Assembly (NCBI GenBank): GCA_965223545.1
Contig: OZ245006.1
Span: forward strand, 7,904,001 to 7,968,000
Length of the DNA stretch: 64,000 bases
From: Planctomycetota bacterium
Lineage (GTDB): Bacteria > Planctomycetota > UBA1135 > UBA2386
Reading direction: 5' to 3'
Below, one piece after another: positions 19,543-28,385 of this stretch. How positions within the stretch are numbered: position 1 is the stretch's first letter; every line of letters begins with the position of its first letter. Under the pieces are notes generated by a model. The model was not told where the DNA came from, made no database searches, and saw only the letters and a list, made by a program, of their open reading frames with translations. Position numbers and translations under genes: made by a program.

Positions 19543-21052
19543 TTCGGACCAGTACGCAAATCAGACGCGGCCCTCTCAGACTAGGACGCTTGGAGACGAC
19601 TATGGACTATGACGCACGATACCAAAAAGTAGACCGGGGCGGGTTCGAGTCCTGGCCGGGTTATTACCTCAAGCCAGCAAGCTGTGAGTGGGTTGGGGTG
19701 GCGTCCTCAGAGTCGGGTGCAGAGCCGGAGGCTGGTAGAGTGCCCAGTCCCATGGCGCAGGTGAGGAGCGACGTCCGGTGACACTCTTTCGGGCTTTTCT
19801 CTCTGTCTCGTTGGATGGATACCTCGCCGACGAGGACGGCAGTGTCGGCTGGCTCGATGCCTACATGACGTCCGAAGTCGACTTCGCTGGGTTCGACGCA
19901 GCGATTGGGGCGGTCGTGATGGGACGCACGACGTTCGAGTGGTCACGCAAACACGGACTCGAAAGGCTTGGGGGGTGTGGATCCGCTATTGAGCAACTCG
20001 ATCATGCGGCCACCTTCACGGCGGTACGTCGGGTTTCGTGGAGCTTGTGCATCGCTTGATCCCAACGGTCGCTGAGCGGCAGAGCACGCAGGCGGAGGAC
20101 GTGTTCGCCGGTCGTCGACTTCCAGCGCGATCCGGCGCGTTTCATACGCACGGCCACGAGTGTCTTGCAGGTGGCCTCGACAGCTCCGCTGCCAATTGGC
20201 AGACCAAGGCGCAGCGATCTGGCGAACCGCATGCGCTCGGCGTGGTTTTCGAAATAGGTGATGGCCTCATGGACGGGCCGCTTCGAGTCCCGCCAAGTAT
20301 CCTCGAGGCCGGAACCGCGCAGTTCGGCGCGGATCTCTTCGGCTGCGCTGTTCGCGCAGCGCAATCGAACGCGCCAACGGTGCAACTCCGACTTGGCGCC
20401 GTCTGCACCGAAGATCACCTCGGCGGCCGGCGCCAGCTTCTCGACCACGTGCCAGAAGTCGATGCCTTGCTCGACGTTGCCGAACACCGCGGCGGGGAAG
20501 TGAGTGTGGAGCAGGTTGCACATCTCGTGGGCACCGTCGGACAGCAGCTTCACTCGCAGGTCCGGGCTCTTCTGCAACAGCCTGTACGCCTCGCCGGCGA
20601 TCTGAGCGAACCACAGGTCGACGTCGCTTTCCGGCATGCACCCGTACCGGAGCGTGTGCAGGCTCGCCCCTTCGGCGTCGTGCAAAGTGATCGTTGCGCA
20701 GTAGGCCATCCGGAAGTTCCGGTCTACGGGCCGCTTTGGCGCGTCCTTGCGCGGTCGGCCCGCCCGACGCTTCGCGGCCTCTTCCATCGGCACGGACACG
20801 CGGTCGACTGCCACGCTCATGGCGACGGCTTCCGCTGGCACGTCGAACTCCTGCGTGAGCATGTCCTCGATGTCCGCGTGTTCGCGAAGCCAGTGCTCGC
20901 CGACATGGTGCGCGACGCGCTCGAAGCTGGCCCGCGAATAGGGAAACCGACCTGTCTGGCGGGCAGCATCCGCCGCATCGCGCGACGGGCCGCGCGTAAG
21001 CGTCCGGTGAAGGCATCTCGAAAGCCGCTGGCGGATCGGCAGGATGCGGCGG

Positions 21053-21388
21053 ATGACGAAGAGAATCCCCGTGTGGGCTCGGGCGGAGATGCGCGAGCTG
21101 CTTCAAGAGCTGGACAACTCAGGCGTGACGGTCGCCGAGTTCGCGCGCCGGCGTGGAGTCAACGCAAACCGCATCTACTGGGCAAGGCGGCAAGCCCGAG
21201 CTGCGGCGGCGCCCACGTCCGCGCCGGCGGTGTCGGACTTCGGGGAGCTGGTGGTCGCTGCGGCCCCATCGCCGCGACGAGCAGCGGCCATTGAGTTGCG
21301 GGTGCCGTCGGGCGCGGTTGTCGATGTGCAGCGCGACTTCGACGAGGCGACGCTCCGACGGCTGCTCGGAGTCTTGCTGCCATGCTGA
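21053..21388 (+). CDS. tnpA: IS66 accessory protein TnpA (HTH)
   Basis: SGVTVAEFARRRGVNANRIYW HTH; first ORF of IS66; start 21044 or 21053. Confidence 0.85.
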   Translation: MTKRIPVWARAEMRELLQELDNSGVTVAEFARRRGVNANRIYWARRQARAAAAPTSAPAVSDFGELVVAAAPSPRRAAAIELRVPSGAVVDVQRDFDEATLRRLLGVLLPC

Positions 21389-21762
21389 GCTTTCCGCCCT
21401 CGCCGCAAGTCAAGATCTTCGTTTGCCGGAAGCCGGTGGACATGAGGAAGAGCTTCAGTGGTCTGTCCGGTGCGGTCATCGACGTGGTCGACCACGACCC
21501 GCAATCTGGTCACCTCTTCCTCTTCTTCAACAAGCGCCGGACCATGATGAAGGCACTGGTGTGGGAGCCGTCCGGTTACTGGGTGCTGGCGAAGCGACTG
21601 ACGAGCGGCCGCTTTCAGGTCTTCGATCGCTCGGCTGAGAACAACAGCCGATTCGAGATTGCGAGTAGCGATCTCGCGCTCTTGTTGGACGGCATCGACC
21701 TCCGTGGCGCGCGACGCAGAGAAGTTCGCGATCAGGTGCTGCAACGACTGGCCGTGACTTGA
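21382..21762 (+). CDS. tnpB: IS66 accessory protein TnpB
   Basis: PVDMRKSFSGL, LFLFFNKRR, KRLTSGRF, LLLDGID. Confidence 0.93.
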   Translation: MLSFPPSPQVKIFVCRKPVDMRKSFSGLSGAVIDVVDHDPQSGHLFLFFNKRRTMMKALVWEPSGYWVLAKRLTSGRFQVFDRSAENNSRFEIASSDLALLLDGIDLRGARRREVRDQVLQRLAVT

Positions 21763-21792
21763 TCCGTCTCCGGTTTGTGTTAATCAGAGGGA

Positions 21793-23346
21793 GTGACGCC
21801 GCTCACGGACCTCGACGAAGCCAACTCGACGATCGTCAAGCTGCGCGCCGAGATCGAGCGCCTTCGCGGGCAGCTCGAACTGATGAAGCAGCGCACGTTC
21901 GGACGGCGCCGCGAGCACATCAATCCGAACCAACTGCTGTTGTTCGAGGCCGGCGTCGCGCAGCTCGAAGAGCTGCAGAAGCAGGCGCAGGAAGCGGAGC
22001 AGTCGAGCGAACTCGCGAAGCCTGACCCGAAGAAGAAGCGGAAGCGCGGTCACGGTCGCGGTCAGTTCGCCGAGCACCTGGATCGGCATGTCGTCGAGGT
22101 CGACGTGCCGGAAGCGGAGCGCTGCTGCCCCGAGTGCGGCGAGGCCATGCACTGCATCGGGACTGACGTCACCGAGCGTGGCCACATCATCCCAGCGCGG
22201 TTGGTCGTGAAGCGCTACGTGCGCAACAAGTACGCGTGCCCGCACGGGCACAGGATGAAGATGGCGTCGATGCCTGCCGGCGTCGTCGAGAAGGCGAAGT
22301 ACGAGCCCTCCGTCTACGCGCATCTTGTCACAGCGAAGTACGGCGACCACCTGCCGCTGAACCGCCTGCAGGGGATCTTCCGCCGCTTCGGGGCGCACGT
22401 CCCGAAGCAGACCATGTGGGACATGCTGGCGCGCTTCGACGAGATCGCGGCGCGTCCGATCCTGGCCGAGATGCGGCGCCAGCTGCTTCAAGAAGATGTT
22501 CTTCAAGCCGACGAGACCCCGATCAGGGTGCGACTGGAAGGCCAGAAGGGCACCCGGCGCGGTGTGCTCTGGGCCTGGCGGAACGCTCGCGGCAGCCCCA
22601 ACGAGATGGTCGTGGCCGACTTCAGGGACAATCGATCCGCGAAGGGGCCCAACGCTTTTCTCGGCGCGTGGTCCGGGACATTGTTGACCGATGGCTACGA
22701 CGGTGTGAACCCGAAAGCGCAGCAGAACGCGATCACGCGGGCTGGCTGCTGGGCGCACGCCCGTCGGAAGTTTCGGGATGCGCTCACTGCTGGTGCATCA
22801 CGGGCTGGTTTGGCGCTGCGACCGATCCAGAGGCTTTTCTGGATCGAGCGCGCCGTACTGTCCCGAGCGAAGGATCGGAACCTGACCCGTGAAGCCCTCA
22901 TCGAACTGCGTGAGACCGTTCGTAGCCGCAGATCCAAAGCGGTGCTCCACAGCCTCTACGAGATCGTGTTCGGCCTCCAGGAGGATCCGGCGACCGCGGG
23001 CAACGAACTGCTTCGCAAGGCGGTGAGCTACGCCATCCGGCAGCGGGACCCGTTGCTCGCGCACCTCGACGACGGCCGGCTGCCGATCCACAACAACGAC
23101 ACCGAACGTGACCTGCGCCACGTCGTGACGGGCCGGAAGAACTGGATGACGCTCGCCAGCGAGAAGGGTGGCAACGTGGCAGCTCGCCTCTACTCGATCG
23201 TGCTCAGCTGCAAGCTGGCGAAGGTCAACGTCGAGCGCTACCTCGAGGACGTCTTGGTCGCTGTCGCCACCACGCCGTCGTCGCGCATCGCCGAACTCAC
23301 GCCCTGGGGCTGGGCGAAGGCACGCGCTGCCGGCCAGTCCTGCTGA
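21793..23346 (+). CDS. tnpC: IS66 DDE transposase TnpC
   Basis: FGRRRE, CPECG, HLPLNR, ADETP, TDGY, CWAHARRKF, NNDTERDLR, LTPW. Confidence 0.95.
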   Translation: MTPLTDLDEANSTIVKLRAEIERLRGQLELMKQRTFGRRREHINPNQLLLFEAGVAQLEELQKQAQEAEQSSELAKPDPKKKRKRGHGRGQFAEHLDRHVVEVDVPEAERCCPECGEAMHCIGTDVTERGHIIPARLVVKRYVRNKYACPHGHRMKMASMPAGVVEKAKYEPSVYAHLVTAKYGDHLPLNRLQGIFRRFGAHVPKQTMWDMLARFDEIAARPILAEMRRQLLQEDVLQADETPIRVRLEGQKGTRRGVLWAWRNARGSPNEMVVADFRDNRSAKGPNAFLGAWSGTLLTDGYDGVNPKAQQNAITRAGCWAHARRKFRDALTAGASRAGLALRPIQRLFWIERAVLSRAKDRNLTREALIELRETVRSRRSKAVLHSLYEIVFGLQEDPATAGNELLRKAVSYAIRQRDPLLAHLDDGRLPIHNNDTERDLRHVVTGRKNWMTLASEKGGNVAARLYSIVLSCKLAKVNVERYLEDVLVAVATTPSSRIAELTPWGWAKARAAGQSC

Positions 23347-24510
23347 GACGCGTCGGCGGTCGCTCTTCAACCGCTGGCCGCCATGGCGTCACCGGACGCT
23401 TACGGCCGCGCTGAATGTCGTTCGCCATGCACTGGGCGGTGAGAGGAAGCCAACCGCGGCCGTAGGCACCGGTTCGCAGCTTGATCGGGTCGAGGATCGG
23501 TCCGTTGCGCACGCCGACTTGGCGATAGACGGTGCGCTCGACTTTGACCTCGCCCGCCATCGTGAAGTACGTGCCCGGCGTGCGCCGGAAACTGGCGTAG
23601 AGAGCGCCTCGGACCCGGATCCGTGGCGCGTCGACGTCGAGGGCGCGAAGCACCTCCGCGTGCGCTGCCCGCTCGACCGCGGCGGTCTGCTTGGCGATCG
23701 CCCTCTCCGTGTCCGCGTAGTCCACCGCGTGACCGCCGCGGCTCGACTCCGCCGCCGCCACCGTTGCGTCGACCAGGCTCTGCATCGACTCGGCGAGCCC
23801 CTTGTGCTCAACTGGCACCTTCACGAGGACGTACCCTCGTGAAGCGCCCCTCCCAGGACGCTGGTGTTGCATCCTGTATCCGATAGGGAGGGGCGCATGC
23901 TTGTACAAGTGTCTTCTACACAAATACTTGCGGCGAGCCAGCCTGCGACCACCAGATCTCGGGTGCGATCACGCTGCTCCGCTCAATGCCGGAGCCACAC
24001 CCGGCTTGGGGCGAGGCGCAGTGTGGTGCTGACGCATCGTTCGCTCGGCGAAGTGCCAGCGAATGTCGAGGCGTTCGCCGGCGACGTGCGTGAGCTTGCG
24101 GCGTCTTTGCGAGCCGAGCTGGGAACCGAAGGCAAGGACGTCTGGCTGATGGGAGGAGGTCTGTCACTCCAGACGTTTCTGGATGCCGGCCTGGTGGACA
24201 CGCTCGAGCTGTACGTGGTGCCCGAATTGCTGGGTGCTGGCACTCCACTCTTTCCAACCGGTGGCGAACGCAGCTCTTGGAACTTGACGTCGATGCGCAG
24301 CCTGTCGAACGGGATGGTCGAAGTCATCTACTCGCGCCGAGAGTGAGCGCCGACGGGCACGCCGCTCTTGCTGGAAGCCTGCATGGAGCAGCGACGCCGA
24401 GCGACTCCGCCAACTGCTCGACCGTCGGGCTGGTTGACGTTTGACGCGGTCACGATCGATGGGGGACGATCGGGGTTGGAGCGAGCGGCTGCGGAGGAAC
24501 CCCACGCACT

Positions 24511-24831
24511 GTGTCCGATTCCAACGAGCAACCCAGGGGCCAGCAGACCGAGGGGCCGCATCCGATGTCTCGATGGCACTTGTTGTTCAGCTCGCCCATG
24601 TTGTGGCTCGGCCTGTTCATGATGATCGCGGGCGCGCTCCCCCTGCTGGTGGTCGGGGGCGTGGCGTGGCTGACGGGGGAGACCTCCGAGACGGCGGTCG
24701 GTCCGGGGTTCTTCCTCTGGTGCATGGGGTGCCCGGGCCTCATCGTCGCCGCCGCCGGGGTGATGCATGGCGTCTGCGAGTCGATCACGCGGCGGCCAGA
24801 ACCCGACGCCTCTGGTGAGGTCGGGCGATGA
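24511..24831 (+). CDS. Small hypothetical membrane protein
   Basis: Two TM segments; ATGA overlap with the next ORF. Confidence 0.55.
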   Translation: MSDSNEQPRGQQTEGPHPMSRWHLLFSSPMLWLGLFMMIAGALPLLVVGGVAWLTGETSETAVGPGFFLWCMGCPGLIVAAAGVMHGVCESITRRPEPDASGEVGR

Positions 24832-25022
24832 AGCCCGCGGATGCGTCGCTCTTCCTTGGAGGAATGCTGCTGGGAGCCGCACTCGGCGCGCTCGGCGCCT
24901 ACGGCCTTTGGGGCGGCTACGCGCTCTTCATGCCCGGGGTGTGGGTGACCGTGGCCGCGTGCGCCGGGCTGACGCCGTTCGTCTTGGCTTGGTTCGTGCA
25001 GGAGTACGAGAAACTGGAGTGA
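24828..25022 (+). CDS. Small hypothetical membrane protein
   Basis: 64 aa with two hydrophobic helices; translationally coupled to the previous ORF. Confidence 0.55.
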   Translation: MKPADASLFLGGMLLGAALGALGAYGLWGGYALFMPGVWVTVAACAGLTPFVLAWFVQEYEKLE

Positions 25023-25074
25023 TCCCAACCAGTGGTGCTCGAGTGGCGCGAGGCCACCGGTCGATGACGCAAGC

Positions 25075-25515
25075 ATGAAGCCTCTCGCCTACGCGGTGCT
25101 GGCCGGGGTCCTGCTCGCGGGCTGCGCCAGACAATCCACACCACGCGCGGATGACGATGTCGTCCCGGCGCTGACCCCGGAGACCTTCGACCAAGCCATC
25201 GCCCAGGGCGCCGTGCTGGTCGACTTCTGGGCCGATTGGTGACTGTTCTGCCAGCAGATGGTGCCGTTGGTATCATCGACTGCGCGGGACCTCGAGGGCG
25301 AGGTCCGCGTTTGCAAGGTCGACGCGGACACTTGGAAAGAGCTCGACGAGCGCTTCGATCTGCCGGGCTTCCCGACCTTCATCCTCTTTCGCGACGGTCG
25401 GGAAGTCGAACGGCACCCCGGCGCCTTCGACGACATCGGCGAGTTCCAGATGTGGATTCGCGAGGCGCTGGAAGGCGACGACGAGGAAGCCGAGGACGAG
25501 GACTCCGGCTGGTAG
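25075..25515 (+). CDS. Selenocysteine-containing thioredoxin-fold lipoprotein (UxxC), in-frame TGA at 25240-25242
   Basis: MKPLAYAVLAGVLLAGC lipobox...ALTPETFDQAIAQGAVLVDFWADW-TGA-LFCQQMVP...KVDAD...PGFPTFILFRDG. The Trx fold is continuous across the TGA. Confidence 0.88.
25254..25284 (+). promoter_or_regulatory. Putative bacterial SECIS element
   Basis: Stem gatggtgcc/ggtatcatc closing a G-initiated loop (gtt) about 23 nt after the TGA; gcag/ctgc can extend the stem. Confidence 0.6.
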
Positions 25516-25546
25516 GCCCGCGCCGGAGCCTCGCACGCGTGTCGTT

Positions 25547-25993
25547 CTAGGGTCCGAACGACACCGATAGCCCGGCCGACAGCGCGAGGCCGCCGCTCTG
25601 GATCACGTCGACGCCCTGCAGGTGCAGGGTGACGCCCTGCAGCGAGGGCAGCGTCGGGTCGAACTCGATGTGGTACTCCCCCCCGCCGTCGAACTGACCC
25701 AGGATCGGCACGATGGGTGGGCCGACCAAGACCTCCGCGCAGCAGCCGAGCGGCAGCGCGGCGCGGTTGGCGGAGAACGCGACGATCGCGGGCTCGCCGG
25801 CGCCGCCGCCGACCAAGTCGATCGACGCGCTCTGCGGTCCGTGCTGCTGCGCCGACAGCACGAGGTTGGGGTCGACCATCGTGGCGAACAGGCCGCTGCG
25901 GCCATACGACTCCGAGGTCATGTTCTGGGCGTGCAGAGTGGTGGTGCAGATCGCCGCAGACAGAGCGGCGGCCGAGAGTGCTCGTAGCAGCAT
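25547..25993 (-). CDS. Secreted hypothetical protein
   Basis: Signal peptide ending LHA-Q, RBS (aaggag), beta-rich body. Confidence 0.7.
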   Translation of the reverse strand: MLLRALSAAALSAAICTTTLHAQNMTSESYGRSGLFATMVDPNLVLSAQQHGPQSASIDLVGGGAGEPAIVAFSANRAALPLGCCAEVLVGPPIVPILGQFDGGGEYHIEFDPTLPSLQGVTLHLQGVDVIQSGGLALSAGLSVSFGP

Positions 25994-26080
25994 CTCAGTG
26001 ACTCCTTCTTCTTCGTGGTGCGGCCGCGTCGTGGGGCGAGTTCGGCCGCGCTTCTGGTGGGGGGGGCGTCGGGGACGCCC

Positions 26081-26761
26081 TCACTCGAACTCTTCTAGCT
26101 CAAAGCCGTCTTCTGGTAACTGTCGATCCGGGGCATCGCGCCCGGGTCCGGCGGCGCGCCGTTGGCGGTAGGCGTGGATGCCCTCCACGTTGTGGTGCGT
26201 GACCAACACCGCGCCGTCGGCGGCATAGCGGGCAAAGAGGTCGCAGTAGAGGTCCTCTTCCGACGGCCAGGGGAACGCGAAGACGACGTCGCAGTCGGCG
26301 ATCTCGAGGTCGGCCTCACGCGCGCCGTGGCCGCTCACCAGGGTGCGGGTGTCGAGGTCCGACAGGGTCTCGTGCGCCGCGTACTCCTCGGGCACGAAGC
26401 TGCCGTCGAGGACTTCGGCGTCGATGTCGTGGTCGGCGAGCAGCCCGCGCGCACCGTCGACGAGGCGCGCCTCGATCTCGATGCCGTAGGCCTCGAAGCC
26501 GAGCATCGCGGCCAAGCCGGTGACCACCGCGTAGCCACAGCCCCACTCGCAGAAGCGCTCGAGCTCCGGGGATTGGCGGCGCAGTGCACACAGCGCGCGC
26601 CAAACCACGACGTAGTCACTGGGGTAGAAGCCCGTGCGCGCGTCGTGCCGGTGGTTGCGCAAGTACTCTTCGATGCGGCCGTCGGCGTCGGTGAGCAGGG
26701 CGTTCACCTCCGCCGGCAGCGGCGCGTCGACCAGCTGCAGCTCGACTGGGACCAGAACCAC
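26081..26761 (-). CDS. Class I SAM-dependent methyltransferase
   Basis: FCEWGCGYAVV motif I, AYGIEIE, DVVFAFPWP. Confidence 0.8.
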   Translation of the reverse strand: MVLVPVELQLVDAPLPAEVNALLTDADGRIEEYLRNHRHDARTGFYPSDYVVVWRALCALRRQSPELERFCEWGCGYAVVTGLAAMLGFEAYGIEIEARLVDGARGLLADHDIDAEVLDGSFVPEEYAAHETLSDLDTRTLVSGHGAREADLEIADCDVVFAFPWPSEEDLYCDLFARYAADGAVLVTHHNVEGIHAYRQRRAAGPGRDAPDRQLPEDGFELEEFE

Positions 26762-26780
26762 GGGGCGCGCGGCGGCTTGG

Positions 26781-28337
26781 TCAGCGCGGATAGCGATCGC
26801 CAGCCGCGGCGCCGCGCAGCTGGAACCGCTGGATCTTGCCGGTCGCTGTCTTCGGCAGCTCGGCGGTGAACTCGATCCACCGCGGCCGCTTGTAGGCGGC
26901 GATGTCGGTGGCGCAGTGCTGGATCAGCGCGTCGGCGAGCGCGGCACCCGGCTCGTGGCCTTCGGCCGCGACCACGTACGCCAGCGGCTTGACCAGATCG
27001 TCTCGGTCGGCCTGACCGACGACCGCGCACTCGACGACGGCCGGGTGGCGGATCAGCGCGGCCTCGACCTCGACCGGCGAGACCCAGATGCCGCCGACCT
27101 TGAGCATGTCGTCGCTGCGGCCGCGGTGCCAGTAGTAGCCGTCCTCGTCGATTTGGTACTTGTCGCCGGTGATCAGCCACTCGCCGCGGAAAGTCCTCTG
27201 GCTCTTCTCGTACTGCCGTAGGTAGCTCAACGCCGCGGTCTCGCCCTTGACCCACAGGTTGCCGACCTCGCCCGCCGGCACATCGTGGCCGTCGTCATCG
27301 ACCAGGCGCAGCTGGTAGCCCTCGAACGGCTTGCCGCTGCTGCCGTAGCGAATGTCGTTCGGTCGGTTGGACAAGAAGATGTGGTAGTTCTCGGTCGAGC
27401 CGATGCCGTCGACGATGTCGAGGCCGGTGCGCTCCTTCCACTGCTCGCCGATCGCCGCCGGCAGCGCCTCGCCGGCGCTGACACACAGCCGCAGGCTGCT
27501 CAGGTCGTAGCGCTCACGGAGGTCCTCCTGCGCCAACGCCATCGCGTAGCCGGTCGGCGCGTTGTAGAGGATCGTCGGCGAGAACCGCGCCACGGTGCCC
27601 ATGACGTTGTCGACGACGCGCGGCGAGCCGGCCAGCAGCACCGCGCTGGCGCCGACGTAGAACGGAAAGATCAGGTTGCCGCCGGTGCCGAAGGTGAAGA
27701 ACAGCTTGGCGGCGGCGAAGGTGCGGTCGTCCTCGCGCATGCCGAGCACGTTGACGCCCCACAGCTGCGCGGTCAGCGGCAGATCCTTGTGCGCGTGCGG
27801 GATGCCCTTGGCCTCGCCGGTGGTGCCGCTCGAGTAGTTGAGGCAGCAGATGTCCTCGCGGTGTGTGCGCGCCGCCTCGAGCTGAGGCGACGCCTGCGCC
27901 AGCCGCGCGCGGAAGTCGTCGGAGTCCAGCGCGAGCGCGTGCTGCAGGTCGGCCAACCGGTCGCGGATGGCGGCGACGGTGTCGGCGAAGGCAGCGTGGT
28001 GCAGCAGCACGACGGCGCGGCTGTCCGCCAGCATCAGCTGCAGATCGCGCCCGGTCAGCAGGGTGTTGAGGCTCAGGGCGATGGCGCCGATCTTGATCGT
28101 CGCGAAGTAGGCGGCGACCCACTCGATCGAGTCGTTGGCCAGGATCGCCACGGTGTCGCCCGGGCGGATGCCGAGAGCGATCAACGCGTTGCCGGTGCGG
28201 TTGACCTCGTCGCCGAGCTCGGCGTAGGTGACCTGTCGCTCGGCGCTCAGCAGGGCGACCTTGTCGGCGCGCCGGCTGAGATTGTGCTCGAGGATGGCGA
28301 CGGCGTTGTACTGCAGCGGCAGGTCACTGGCCTTCAT
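26781..28337 (-). CDS. Benzoate-CoA ligase family acyl-CoA synthetase
   Basis: YSSGTTGEAKG, AKLFFTFG, SAGEALP, DGIGSTE, GRSDDMLKVGG, PKTATGKIQR. Confidence 0.92.
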   Translation of the reverse strand: MKASDLPLQYNAVAILEHNLSRRADKVALLSAERQVTYAELGDEVNRTGNALIALGIRPGDTVAILANDSIEWVAAYFATIKIGAIALSLNTLLTGRDLQLMLADSRAVVLLHHAAFADTVAAIRDRLADLQHALALDSDDFRARLAQASPQLEAARTHREDICCLNYSSGTTGEAKGIPHAHKDLPLTAQLWGVNVLGMREDDRTFAAAKLFFTFGTGGNLIFPFYVGASAVLLAGSPRVVDNVMGTVARFSPTILYNAPTGYAMALAQEDLRERYDLSSLRLCVSAGEALPAAIGEQWKERTGLDIVDGIGSTENYHIFLSNRPNDIRYGSSGKPFEGYQLRLVDDDGHDVPAGEVGNLWVKGETAALSYLRQYEKSQRTFRGEWLITGDKYQIDEDGYYWHRGRSDDMLKVGGIWVSPVEVEAALIRHPAVVECAVVGQADRDDLVKPLAYVVAAEGHEPGAALADALIQHCATDIAAYKRPRWIEFTAELPKTATGKIQRFQLRGAAAGDRYPR

Positions 28338-28385
28338 GACCGGCAAAGTTACGCGGCCCCGCGCGGGGCGACAAGACAACCGGCC

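Larger units (their letters stand above)
18083..19670. mobile_element. tRNA-Gln-integrated mini-island / decayed integrative element with 29-bp att direct repeats
   Basis: ggttcgagtcctggccgggttattacctc occurs exactly at 18083-18111 and 19642-19670. The distal interior is visibly more AT-rich. Confidence 0.8.
20996..23403 (+). mobile_element. IS66 family element, apparently intact (2408 bp)
   Basis: Ends gtaagcgtccggtga...tcaccggacgcttac; 8-bp target duplication ggccgcgc at 20988-20995 and 23404-23411; tnpA-tnpB-tnpC order. Confidence 0.96.
20002..23872 (-). pseudogene. ISKra4-like DDE transposase split by IS66
   Basis: N-part 23872-23412 and C-part 20995-20002 join in frame (NDIQRG|PSRDAA). 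Motifs SDGA, DFWH, PIGSGAVE, RMKRAGSRW. Confidence 0.88.
19973..24002 (-). mobile_element. ISKra4-family-like insertion sequence, itself interrupted by IS66
   Basis: 22-bp inverted repeats gggtgtggatccgctattgagc / gggtgtggctccggcattgagc (3 mismatches); 8-bp target duplication ggcttggg at 19965-19972 and 24003-24010. Confidence 0.9.
19778..24346 (+). pseudogene. Dihydrofolate reductase/RibD C-terminal family gene interrupted by nested IS
   Basis: 5' part 19778-19972 (SLDGYLA, VVMGRTTF) and 3' part 24011-24346 (VWLMGGG, VVPELLGAGTPLF) join in frame (HGLERLG|ARRSVVLTH), 176 aa. Confidence 0.93.

Noticed and set aside
21382..21762. IS66 TnpB as an RNA-guided TnpB nuclease
   Set aside because: Same name only; this is the 126-aa IS66 accessory protein with no RuvC domain.
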